This document shows, piece after piece, positions 31,101-37,788 of a stretch of DNA of 64,000 nucleotides; position 1 is the stretch's first letter, and every line of letters starts with the position of its first letter. The stretch covers positions 96,001-160,000 of the forward strand of contig JAEOTE010000007.1 in the NCBI GenBank assembly GCA_016839945.1. The letters are read 5' to 3'. Source of the stretch: Candidatus Heimdallarchaeota archaeon (GTDB lineage Archaea > Asgardarchaeota > Heimdallarchaeia > Heimdallarchaeales > Heimdallarchaeaceae). The notes under the pieces are model-generated. The model searched no databases. It worked only from the letters and a program-made list of their open reading frames with translations, and had not been told where the DNA came from. The position numbers and the translations under genes were made by a program.

Positions 31101-31637
31101 TAGGTACTCACGTTGTTCCATGATTACAGGTTCGTTCTTTTCAAGATTTATCATTAAATGAAGCTCATGGGTAATATCATCCATAAAGTATCTGCTTCGT
31201 ATTTTTGCAGGTAAGTCAACAGATGACATAGAGTATAGCAAACACATTTTTGCTCCTAAACCAAAACGACCTCGTGTTTGAATTACTCCGTATTTTGTTC
31301 CAGTCAATACTCTCCCAAAAAGTTCAGCAATCTGGTGTCCAGGAACTCCTATCCCATTATCTTTACAGGTTAGTTGTAGAAAATCTAGATGCTTTTCTAA
31401 TTTTCTGTATTGCGTAACATCAAGCAATTCATTTATTTCTCTGCTGGAAAGTTTTCTTAAGTCTAAATCAATAACAGGATTAATTCCTCTTTTTTCTGCT
31501 GCATCTAGTCCATTCTCAACTAACTCTCTGATACTTGTGAAAACAGCTCTCATTGAATTACCAAAACCAGCAATGGCTCTGTTTTCATTAAAGAAAGCAG
31601 CAGCTGACATTTTTTTTGTAACTGTATCTTCTGACAC
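19125..31637 (-). CDS. top6B: Giant DNA topoisomerase VI subunit B fused to a ~3500-aa array of HhH-like repeats
   Basis: First ~540 aa: FFNENRAIAGF, RELVENGLDA, KDNGIG, TRGRFGLGAK, PGTEI, H2TH, RYANRIPL, STKIPFPETSKEYI. Uninterrupted 12.5-kb ORF from GTG 31637. Confidence 0.92.
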   Translation of the reverse strand: MSEDTVTKKMSAAAFFNENRAIAGFGNSMRAVFTSIRELVENGLDAAEKRGINPVIDLDLRKLSSREINELLDVTQYRKLEKHLDFLQLTCKDNGIGVPGHQIAELFGRVLTGTKYGVIQTRGRFGLGAKMCLLYSMSSVDLPAKIRSRYFMDDITHELHLMINLEKNEPVIMEQREYLPGDPNYLEEPGTEISITFTGAWRLAKNSVKEYFKQLAIITPYSSFKIKVPADKEGEYEDLDFLSVVDDMPPPPQPVKIHPWGCDITQFKAELTASQSKTLKQFLATQFMGVNEEIAEGFFQLLEIDPNKSPKDITSHEIRRIVHEGFVKAYQEAKDVKRKRDRIFQFDDPKGTALSPLGSNRLRRGLEKELEPKFVEAVTRAPKAYSGHPFVVEVAIGYGGGVNEASQVKGATVQDNKIIYRYANRIPLIFGAGNDVISHTVSSIRWNEYGLTRQSDPLAVAVSVVSTKIPFPETSKEYISIVPEIEEEIRLALMQLGRRLKTFLSRAKRRRREHARLSRFVRSAPIIIDNLTKILEDEAVNYTDFRLETDRIAAALAHGATKKVKLFMPLGRRLFGANVWCPSRIQSVLRTNNIESISDFLITPSDNIAKLLELTKQDIYNIKLRTISELDREGMSPSFDPKLFVSRTIERRFTQNEKTIITLKEALYRRWIQNSYHYFATDFNKLQTVTGLLEKLFENKKEQLLHQYLLTKDKTSKAKSEKRKQLLASLTKVDDIKIDTLFPTFEYLKDNSKGLISQDTTIEEFLYQTKLPYSVNYQTEVTAVLVNYLQNIFSQLCDKFPTFSKTNVTKMKPDWTDAYTKNAFHRRKIKTIEDLINAKLDDLVVIKELERNLYNTFLDTLVKSSESIELSKFELISDEILREEETEAIKVLSQKGIKTLTNLISLPTASILKRDYKLIGDLLLKESKHKLISHIRESKKDKDLSHVKVIPKDIEQQLVNLQIFTTTAFLAFPSPQLRKLGLRKKDVERIKKSLGTPIFKWIKHQETLKTAGIVSIEEIFYNPPEAYNLTGEAKRTYLETANLLLTPISFAFPSLRRQSYLLQEIGINCIGRFSIWSNSDLSDVLNISEERVKDLKQSISEEEVKKNRTEFGKSLSLLSNQYPRLVQFIEKHNLTIQDLYSVYPTEKPTLNTGFWENIRHLNQLANMEIIELTQLYPDKFKDLSLLTEALLRLKLRNIVTVRQFLDLIPEIIESELNTAKERKLVIELHNNIKNRTFSETDQFSKEILLISEYDEFVQTLGLPISRISKLTLEDFDKLRNRGITAIHQLFEYTIDELAATLVRSTQETQQLIDVFAIEKKGTHFFEKSGNKYTSLISFEYEESERFSSHEIVSLILSGYDTVDKIFYLAHPLTFSSAVVNWNVIDKFRKLLRSPLTLVTWEKIIKKTVQVEESEETQEIEEVQTRTLTTQQLNILRNNGITKIIDLLVSKSEDIASFLGVDNEEAILLQRNVRISDTGIDLSELGILEPRIVRVLDENNIMTIEDLYFSTSKDKWNEEILPWDVIESFKAILNLSLDHISDMLDPEIIELLEKAKIRTLLGFMLSSPEVLMEKTGIPDERFETIKSALDFSDIFGYFSLPVYFLPSLSFSQTEILRENGIKTISEFILASSQKLSKLIKISPKDAESIITSLTSSSIQAMYEQKGIFAFETQLFDKLEQRLLSKDSIFHFERFQTIQEIFYTIEEQYYFSNPELWIKISAVKKYLTLPLKIFTEISEFSLEVLEQNDIHYVYQLLFIPDIDLKDPVLYRVVSTYSSKIIVMQAFHYFAKLPASVYNSSYFNRVIQEVENKTLSDVITDPKVIKDLTGKDKQYLTDHYNLTLIRSILELPLRITPFFTKIRKARREEYKNVIIGDVFEINLEEHSALSPFFSSLMETDSLNKLIMELAIPIASMGLPRELTLKLSKSSINTLIDFFSLPEKQLSEISGFSQKQIREIKEGLTYTDIVSFRLSQSHLIRPSELIPEKKLDELKDLGITDIETLFYSASLLGISEILQVDVYKKAKELLSGSIRFIGFLSYDEIKRLEYHEINSVIDLALLNRDELFTITQNPIYKEFHALDLISFDELSERRISSAIPLTVCPSIEEDYLEKLLDIGINSVQDFISRMEEIRESRPALVRLDIFREVQLYRSSVAFIGLDNHHVMKLIYSGVGDILSFITEDVSTISLLLNMSEKKVQTYLDKITPSNLMKEVKRKGVELVNFFVLSKGKINSLLKSGKIHVQDLYSSNYQAYPTLSVSGDYMRDFLNACHISIYRISELSSEEKLNLTSEGILRLIDLFNCSDKDLKRALNGSIPKTISSARKGTFTLSKGRTLTLNEPIINLLKSLEFDPTKKAVEDIFGFIPDALLQLSESERIEKISSIAFIEQLVSFLCLNVLALPGFDISSKGVLWNNGIKHVIELLSTNVNTIIGIPKAVAKQIRIFQREFNLSTRMSETFSYYIDHALSFPNKAEEQFMKYGLSSALLLVDFIPHPVFDFGDIEKSLIRIITSNMFKPISWLISNVELNIAQLNILSQSDCNNIVSGLLCLSEKEENHDLHSKIVEVLNSIVIQISPPEWAIKLSDIKIVSDSALIKRLKDEKILYLDELLSLDSKIVEKRELLSEVCPLLLSLKSIPLSYIGNLTSKQIEKLKHNGIRNLYQFLLIPAPLLAKLINVAEEKIRTIKTTIDIKSLEENVKLIGLDLSLFSEITKETKTILSEYGCVSLVQASELNLDLIPIPIEEKKNLVKLISILLTPITLIGKSLKLKDTEIKDLLNSNITTYNDLLAIPQKNWPASFSKLITKQKEEPDYLVKNLKKIDKFGISIEMLGLPKKTATSLLQIGITTVEHLFFVPVSHIVTNSKVKGKEVDDYRSQLSNNISYLSSITKESLDYCYEKGFTTIIEHLIFLNKLPKNIQDEIILSLSLIKGIKEEGFKEPLSELEVDLSNKGYSSYKSILTSPTFKDDEVIFKKITPYLLANLRFLDFDPKDLEKMKSAGVNIIADIFYLSPKVIATTSKVKVTTIQNTIKNFKVDSIVQRIDSVAEQNLKEIFFLSAQDRNYLKSIGIYNLEDLMNNTIYDWLVSEKKIKQIQNKAEEVYNTSVLYYPKINQKNLNEIKSNYLDSGIVTFRDLMKTSDATEKANIVGFLGDYLASKEGIIANYISKDQYIEESDVKELFTKKTKTTKIKSILDLITTLYQKEDSLSDLGLKIEQTFSKPISSLAVLTKADLQILEDKSIYTIGDLIIKPISSWMILSPAKLKDKILEITSSLTYKKIETDVKKKVQLSRVKIFDSETKKEIQKHYSTMDDLIFALNKETFTFSKSLANKIKRILKLPIELLLLPDVTIKSWKNIQNYVKNLEEFYLLTNKELASILLLKQAEVEKIRYSLTSSNFGSHPVIKESKIFSAKDIAILNQRSIKYYSDLFDEEVSLDKIPNYLLDKIKVFEKLVLKDLVSKTEYSLNLLDLAYLSMNLNKISVTKKQREDIQNAINSIFNKGITLMQVLNLESKDQKLDMSDSSIEYLLLLQKHEKELYNKTISKLHSKISKKYNELSYHLKRTIILLQPNRLKVDIISKLPYRSIDELLLEDYNKIKSQIPDPVFLRNLRNISLITLKELEGSLTSIPKDLLSGSNISILKKGFILSVEEALVFNKQAKSKTSSVWKTSDSLKNMVETDLFSLPPVRENKKIYDLMNKMKLQTVFDFLIYCKSLSEIEYETTCTSLLPKLSSTRVERMMSSEQKRLSSFIKDKEILSFLRKEDIRTIGILLEYIESKDPKDYSSEIVKIIEKLRAPMLIFINQPRLLEKFHNEGIIQVIDFVSIPDIRKAISVSLTEQEQAIVKSLQDKMNSQLVNETLKSKSYSVKKIGLFDANIRKLLIKSGYTTIAHLNVSEELIVKTSKLNSIQVSRIKRNLDLPFYYLSDIISDNPQSVAELHKNNIHTLWDIFAQTAQSLSKITGIQVSQLRTYFSNFTQDSIKDAEKEVVLIRKTHPFLSEELITQLNKAGIKTIQQLVFPEPSIVKNPLLEEQGVKDLKEFLEKPLRNLEVESEARNQITVLGVKTIKEFVVYPSTNMDEKTNLSYLSIKNLKNRLPKAKLKPKKKKPVKTAAKTPSKSSTATKSKTVTKPKVVIKQTATIPKATKGKQTTLLDVSQKNSKSNTSKSTSQNKNKEVK
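19380..29920 (-). repeat. Protein-level array of roughly 50 degenerate L-x-x-x-G-I-x-T-I-x-x-L (RadA-NTD/alpha-CTD-like HhH) modules within top6B
   Basis: Examples: VLSQKGIKTLTNLI, TLKTAGIVSIEEIF, KLRNRGITAIHQLF, ILRNNGITKIIDLL, ILRENGIKTISEFI, ELKDLGITDIETLF, KLKHNGIRNLYQFL, QLNKAGIKTIQQLV. Spacing ~55-80 aa; count by eye. Confidence 0.8.
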
Positions 31638-31801
31638 GATTGCTACACCTTACATTAAACCTTAAATTAGTTTCTACTATTTTATGATATATGTTATTTA
31701 TAACTAGTATGTTTATATTAAACGTATTAGTATTTAAAGATAAATTTTACCGGCAAAAACTCTGAAAAGGAGGAAAGAGGTAAAAAGAAAAATAGAAAAA
31801 G

Positions 31802-34800
31802 TTATTTCTTTTTCAATTTAAATTCTGGAGAAGTTCTATGAAGTACAACTGAAGTTATAGCAAAACCTATTGTAACAAAGAATAATGCACCAAAAGCTCC
31901 TATAGTTCTTGAAGTATCAACTTTATCTATTTCATCCAAGAATTGACCTTTTATGTCATCATAATATACTTCAGTAGCTATAGTTCTGTCATACTGCCAG
32001 AATAGACTACTCATGTCACCAGCAAAACCTGGATTTCCTTGATGCCATGTAGGATATTGATGAACTTTATCAACATGCATTGGATTACTGCCATATTTTG
32101 ATGGATTTAGGAGTGAGAACATTTCTACGTGTTGTTCAGCTCTAGAGTTATAGTCTAATCTGTCCTTTCTATCAACAACAGTTCCAGTTTCTCCTTCTAC
32201 TAGCATTTCAAGCTTGTGTTGAGGATCAGTAGTTCTTCCAGGTAAGGAGTTTGTTAAATGCACATCAGAAGGTTTCAAACCCATATTATGCATTTGATCC
32301 CAAATACCTGTGTAGATAAAGGTTGTATTAATAAAATTAGCTGCGGTCATCCAATAGGTTTGTTCATTGTATGTTTCTTTTACTGGAAAATCAGATTGAC
32401 AGAAGTAATAAAACACTACTTCATCATAGTACAAAGCGTAATCGTTTGCTAGATAAACAAAAGGTCTAAAGAAAGATTCAAACCATTGATTTCGTTCTCC
32501 TCCTTCTATTTGAGGATAACCTATGAATGAATCATATGTTGAATTGTAAACTGCTTCTTCTTGTAAATAAGGCCAATATTCAAATTGAACTTTCGAATGG
32601 GCATACCAACATTCTAAGTATGTATGAAGCTCATCTTTATTTTCGAGAGTGAATGTTTCTGATACTGGTTCTATTTGGTAGTGGATTAAACCTTCAGAAT
32701 AATCTGCTAGGTAAAGTTCATTTCCATCTGCATAAACTCCATAAGCTTTTCCTAGGTGATCAGATCCATTAAGTCGATAAAGCTCCGATGGAGAGCTTTT
32801 TGATGACACATTAACTACTGTGAGCCCATCTTCTCCTTGTGTTAGGAAAACTTTGGTTGAATCAATGTAGAGATTATTGTAATATGATTCACTTGGATCG
32901 AAACCATACTTCCCTTCTAGTGTAAGGTCAGCTCCAATACTGAATATAAGTAATCCTTCTACTTCATCAAGTACATAGAGATATGAACCTTCAACCTTTA
33001 AATCAAGGATATTATTAAGTTCAGTGAAGTTTGCTGAATCATAATGCTGATACAGTTCATCAGGTTCGAAAGTCAGGCTGTCTAATCGGACGATATCTAT
33101 TCCATCAGTCCCCAAACCAACATAAGCATTTGTTCCACTTACAGCAATAGATAATGCATCTCCTGAAGTTTCATTAAATGTAGAAAATGTGTTACTTAGC
33201 GTACCATCATCTGAAATCCCTACAGATGTAATACCATACTCCCCATTGGCAATATAAAGATAATAAGTAGGACTAGTGGTGCCAAATAAACCATAATCAA
33301 TATCGTGCATATCAGCTCTTCCATAGTTAGTCCATTGTTCCAATTCTTCGATGAATACAGGTTCAGTTGCATTCAGGACTTCTAAACCTCGTTCTCCTTC
33401 AGTTGCATAAATAATAGAGTCAATAACTGTAAGTGAAGTTACTTCTCCTGAATAGTCTCCATATTGTCCTACTGCTAAGAAAAGTGGATGAGTTGTATTT
33501 ACAATTTTAATATCATTTTTACCTTCAATTACATATGCCATTCCGTCTTTAACAAAAACATCCATTGATTTTGATCTCTCAAAAGAAGGAATATTGCCAA
33601 TTGCCAAGATTTTACCTACATCTTGAATATTATTTACTCCAGTTCTATGAGCATAATAAAGATCGTTGTTCCAATCGACATCTGTTGATTCAAGAGTTTG
33701 ATTAACAATCAGTGGAAACTTTTTATTTCCTAGAAGGACATCTTCAACACCAGTTAACCATTCTAGTGTTGTTCTTCTACAAACGTATGAGATTTGATTT
33801 TCAAATAACCAGTTGAGTGAAGGTTTTCCTAAGAGGAAATTCATATATTCAGCAAATGATTTTGCATGAGTTTTTTCAATTTCAGTGTCAATACCATATA
33901 TATCTGTTAATAATTGCTCTACATCAACTATTAAATCATCAACAGCTGTATAATCCAACCCTCTAACTAGATCTAAGAAGAATTTAGCAGATCCTTTATC
34001 ACCAGTTAAAATTGAATAATCTTTACCATTATATGTAGCATTGTATAAGATCCTGTAACTTGTTGCTCTGTCAAAATCTAAATCTGGAAAAGCAGGACGA
34101 ACACTAATCCAATTGTGTGGTATGTAAGTTCCTATATCTATTAAATTTTCTTCGTTTGCAAAGGTTTGGTTTAATACAATAGAAGCTAAATCTTGATCGC
34201 TATAACCAAAACTATCTTTAAAACCAAGTAGTTCTTGTTGCAGAAGATAAGAAGCAACATAAGCTTGGAAACCGTATTCGGTTCCATTTCCAAGATGTTC
34301 TAGATAATAAGGCCACATATAATTGAAATTTAAAACATATTCGTTTCCAGTTAATTCTGATGAATCTTGGTTTAAGATATATTGTTTTCTTTTAGTAAAA
34401 ACAACATAATCATCTTGTCCCTCTACTGAACTAAATTCTTTAACGGTTTTGTTAATAATAACATCGAATGTTAAATCTCCTTGAACCGTTATGTATCCTA
34501 TACGAGCATTATAGTCTACAAATGCTTCCCTATCACTCACATTATAAAAAGTAAAAGTAGCTGTATTATAATATCTTGATTCATTGTTTTGAACTCCCAT
34601 ATACATCCAATCTGAAAAATCGTCGGATCCTGTATAGGGTACAATATCATCTTCACTAATTATTCCATAAGCAAAAATTCTTTCAGTAATCTCTGCCATG
34701 CTGATTTTTGATCTTAAAGGTAGTAAGATACCCATTGCTATTGAAGATCCTAATGTTACAATAATAATCATTGCTCCTAATGCGGTTCTTAATCTAGCTT

Positions 34801-34804
34801 GCAT
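31802..34804 (-). CDS. Two-TM CD36/LIMP-2-like protein with inserted LVIVD beta-propeller
   Basis: N- and C-terminal TM helices. CD36-like blocks FTFYNVSD, RRTTLEWLTGVEDVLL, HRTGVNNIQDVGKI, HKLEMLVEGETG...RLDYN, LFW. LVIVD-like repeats (AYVIEG..IKIVN, LYIANGEYGI, VFLTQGEDGLTVVNVS, LYLADYSEGL). Confidence 0.7.
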   Translation of the reverse strand: MQARLRTALGAMIIIVTLGSSIAMGILLPLRSKISMAEITERIFAYGIISEDDIVPYTGSDDFSDWMYMGVQNNESRYYNTATFTFYNVSDREAFVDYNARIGYITVQGDLTFDVIINKTVKEFSSVEGQDDYVVFTKRKQYILNQDSSELTGNEYVLNFNYMWPYYLEHLGNGTEYGFQAYVASYLLQQELLGFKDSFGYSDQDLASIVLNQTFANEENLIDIGTYIPHNWISVRPAFPDLDFDRATSYRILYNATYNGKDYSILTGDKGSAKFFLDLVRGLDYTAVDDLIVDVEQLLTDIYGIDTEIEKTHAKSFAEYMNFLLGKPSLNWLFENQISYVCRRTTLEWLTGVEDVLLGNKKFPLIVNQTLESTDVDWNNDLYYAHRTGVNNIQDVGKILAIGNIPSFERSKSMDVFVKDGMAYVIEGKNDIKIVNTTHPLFLAVGQYGDYSGEVTSLTVIDSIIYATEGERGLEVLNATEPVFIEELEQWTNYGRADMHDIDYGLFGTTSPTYYLYIANGEYGITSVGISDDGTLSNTFSTFNETSGDALSIAVSGTNAYVGLGTDGIDIVRLDSLTFEPDELYQHYDSANFTELNNILDLKVEGSYLYVLDEVEGLLIFSIGADLTLEGKYGFDPSESYYNNLYIDSTKVFLTQGEDGLTVVNVSSKSSPSELYRLNGSDHLGKAYGVYADGNELYLADYSEGLIHYQIEPVSETFTLENKDELHTYLECWYAHSKVQFEYWPYLQEEAVYNSTYDSFIGYPQIEGGERNQWFESFFRPFVYLANDYALYYDEVVFYYFCQSDFPVKETYNEQTYWMTAANFINTTFIYTGIWDQMHNMGLKPSDVHLTNSLPGRTTDPQHKLEMLVEGETGTVVDRKDRLDYNSRAEQHVEMFSLLNPSKYGSNPMHVDKVHQYPTWHQGNPGFAGDMSSLFWQYDRTIATEVYYDDIKGQFLDEIDKVDTSRTIGAFGALFFVTIGFAITSVVLHRTSPEFKLKKK

Positions 34805-34936
34805 ACTTTATCACGATATCGTCTAATTTATTGTTTCGTCTCACAAGATATATTTAAAGGTAATGACTAGAGCATTACTTCTGAGACTGAATTGAAAGAA
34901 GGAAGATTTGTGCTATTATATATTTTGTGCAATGTA

Positions 34937-36193
34937 TTAATTTTCGCTATTTTCTGCTCTTACTTTAATAAGATAGTTAGGTTTTTCCCATATAACATCC
35001 AAATCTGAAAGGTCTATGGTTCCCATACTCTCCTCATTTTCACCATAAATTTCTACAAAAATCTTCGAAAACAAATCATATTTACCCAAGATTTGATTTG
35101 GTAACATGTTACTTGTGAAAATTCCTCTAATAAGCGCACCATTTGTTCTCTTAGGAAGGATTGAGAACATTACATCAAGGTTCGAGTAATTTCTTCTAAT
35201 CTTCTGATATTCCTTTGTAATTAATCCTTGGTTACCTGGCTGGATTACTAGGAAACCTCTAGTGGATTGATCCTCTGTTATGAAGTTCCAAGCAAGTTTA
35301 TTATTTTCTATTAACTTCGATAATACAGGATTATTGTCATAAACATCGACTGAATATATTAAGCAAGGTCCTTTTGTTTCGTTGAAGATTCTTAGAAAAT
35401 TACTTAAATCTATATGGTAGAACTCTGAGGGTGTTTGTGATGCAATAAGAAGATCTGAAATAATATGAGCCTCTCTATCATATAGTTTAGATTTCAAGAT
35501 ATCTAAATCTACATTCGTATTGGCTTTTATTAAGCTATTTTCATCATACAAAATAAAGGGTACATCAATATCTGTTGATTCTTTCATTAACCTATGAATG
35601 GTTGTAAGAACATTGAATTCTTGGATTATCTCTATCTCATGTGGTGGAATATGAAAAGACAAGATAGGCTGAAGGTTTTTTTCTTTTAGGTATTCAACTA
35701 TTTTAGTTATTAACCCAATAGTAAAAGCATCGTTTTCTACAAATATGAAAATAAGAGAGGTATCTTTAAATTGTTTGTTTAATTCTTGTGTTACTTTTTC
35801 TTTATTCTCCTCAAACCATGCAATTCCTCTTGAAAAAGTATTTTCCAACAATTTCAATGTAGGAGTCTCAAGAAAAGGAATGTTAGCACCTAAATCTTGT
35901 GATAGGTTTGAACGAGAAATCAAAAGTGAGGACGGAAACTTATCTTTAATTTGATTATTCATCGCTTTAAGAATCTCAAACCCATAATTTTCAGTAAATA
36001 TTAAACCAGAGGAGATTTTATTAATCTCAGCTTCTACAAAAAGTGTGTCTGATGATTCGCTTCCAGATAATTGTTTATCTGTCGTTTTGCTTTGTTTTAT
36101 TATTGATTCAAAATTAAAACTATAAAGTGCATTATATTTTTCAGGAGGATCTCCCTCTATTTTTTTTCCTTTTTTTCTGAATAGCGCTTTCAT
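34937..36193 (-). CDS. Degenerate tubulin/FtsZ-superfamily paralog lacking the GGGTG loop
   Basis: Colinear similarity to 39142..40281: VPFILYDENSL vs CPVILFDNEKL; HIDLSNF vs NANLKDF; RGFLVI vs LGYLTI; IRGIFT vs IRGILT. Confidence 0.6.
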   Translation of the reverse strand: MKALFRKKGKKIEGDPPEKYNALYSFNFESIIKQSKTTDKQLSGSESSDTLFVEAEINKISSGLIFTENYGFEILKAMNNQIKDKFPSSLLISRSNLSQDLGANIPFLETPTLKLLENTFSRGIAWFEENKEKVTQELNKQFKDTSLIFIFVENDAFTIGLITKIVEYLKEKNLQPILSFHIPPHEIEIIQEFNVLTTIHRLMKESTDIDVPFILYDENSLIKANTNVDLDILKSKLYDREAHIISDLLIASQTPSEFYHIDLSNFLRIFNETKGPCLIYSVDVYDNNPVLSKLIENNKLAWNFITEDQSTRGFLVIQPGNQGLITKEYQKIRRNYSNLDVMFSILPKRTNGALIRGIFTSNMLPNQILGKYDLFSKIFVEIYGENEESMGTIDLSDLDVIWEKPNYLIKVRAENSEN

Positions 36194-36280
36194 TTTACAT
36201 CACTTTTTCAAATACAGATATTTCACCTTTCTTTTAAGACTTTTTCATTGATGATTTGGATAAATTGTTTATTCATTAAA

Positions 36281-37705
36281 TTAATGTTTCCCAGCTAATG
36301 TTTCTTGAACATTGAGAATTTGTATAGTGTTAGTTTTACCAGCTAAACCAACTATGGAACCTGCAACAAGAACAACATTATCTTCAGGATTAATTAATTC
36401 TTCAGATTGAAGTTTGTGAATAGAGCTATATACAAGTTGTTCATATTCAGTTTCATAATGATGCAAGATAGGCTTAACTCCCCATAATAACCTTGTAGAT
36501 CTCAAAGTTGTTTGAGCTGGAGTTACTACATATATTGGAATTGGAATTCTATTTCTTGAAACCATTCTTGCTGAATAACCTGTTTGAGTTAGTGCGATTA
36601 TTGCTTTGGCAGACATTCTCTTTCCTAAATTCACAGCAGCTTGGCCTGTTTCAAAACCAATTGGATTCTCTTCACTTATCAAATCTGGAACTGTACAATT
36701 GAAGTTCTTTTCTGCTTCATTAATAATATCTTTCATTACTCTTACTACTTGAAGAGGGTATTTTCCTGTTGCCGTTTCTGAAGACAGCATGAGAGCATCA
36801 GCTCCATCAAAGACAGCATGTGCAACATCACTAGCTTCTGCTCTTGTTGGTATTGATTCTTTGGTCATAGATTCAAGCATCTGAGTAGCAACTATTACAG
36901 GTTTGGCATAAGACATTCCTAGATTAATCAGATTTTTCTGAACAACAGGAACTTTAGCAGGACCAACCTCAATAGCTAAATCACCTCGAGCCACCATTAA
37001 TCCATTACTATATTTTAAGATCTCTTTGATATTTGTCAATGCATCTTGATGTTCAATTTTTGCAATAAGTGGAATTGGTTTCTTTAATGATGTTTCAACA
37101 ATTTCATTCACTTTCTTCAAGTCATCAATACATCGTACAAAAGAAACAAAAAGGAAATCAGTTTCCAAACTGCATGCTTTTTCTATATCTAAGAGATCTT
37201 TTTCAGTTGGTACATGAATAGATAAATCAGCATCGGGAACGTTAATTCCCTTATGAGAAGAAATTTCCCCACCATCAATAACAACACAATCGATTAGATT
37301 ATTTTCTATTGATTGGACTTTTAGTTTTATAAAACCATCATTTATGAAGATGAATGAACCTTTCTTAACCTCTTCTGGAAGTGATGGATAATTAACTGGA
37401 AGAAGTGTTTTTGTACCAACAATTTTATCTGAAGTTAGTTGAATTCTATCATTTTCAACAAGGTCAAATTTTTCTTCTAATTTACCAAGACGGATTTTGG
37501 GACCACTTATATCAATAGCTATAGCTAAAGAATCACTTAGTTCTCTTAATTTGTTAAAAACTGTTTCATGAGTATTATGGTCACCATGCGAGAAATTTAA
37601 TCTTGCAATATCCATCCCCTCAGAAATCAATTGCTGAAGTGTATCTTCTGAACTAGAAGAAGGCCCTATTGTGCAAACTATTTTTGTTAATCTCAAATCT
37701 ATCAA
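36281..37705 (-). CDS. pyk: Pyruvate kinase
   Basis: TKIVCTIGP, ARLNFSHG, GPKIR, IAKIE, MVARGDL, ATQMLESM, PTRAE, DGADALMLS.ETA.GKYP. Confidence 0.97.
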   Translation of the reverse strand: MIDLRLTKIVCTIGPSSSSEDTLQQLISEGMDIARLNFSHGDHNTHETVFNKLRELSDSLAIAIDISGPKIRLGKLEEKFDLVENDRIQLTSDKIVGTKTLLPVNYPSLPEEVKKGSFIFINDGFIKLKVQSIENNLIDCVVIDGGEISSHKGINVPDADLSIHVPTEKDLLDIEKACSLETDFLFVSFVRCIDDLKKVNEIVETSLKKPIPLIAKIEHQDALTNIKEILKYSNGLMVARGDLAIEVGPAKVPVVQKNLINLGMSYAKPVIVATQMLESMTKESIPTRAEASDVAHAVFDGADALMLSSETATGKYPLQVVRVMKDIINEAEKNFNCTVPDLISEENPIGFETGQAAVNLGKRMSAKAIIALTQTGYSARMVSRNRIPIPIYVVTPAQTTLRSTRLLWGVKPILHHYETEYEQLVYSSIHKLQSEELINPEDNVVLVAGSIVGLAGKTNTIQILNVQETLAGKH

Positions 37706-37788
37706 AATAAAGTTCTCAATTAGTAATAAAATTCTTCCGCAAAAAGATAGAAAGCATTAAAAATAAGCGAGTGCTATATTTTTTTGTT

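Noticed and set aside
19125-31637. Intein or mobile insertion as the explanation for the giant top6B
   Set aside because: The extra sequence is C-terminal to an intact core, and no intein splice motifs (C/S...HN-C/S/T), LAGLIDADG motifs or transposase features were seen.
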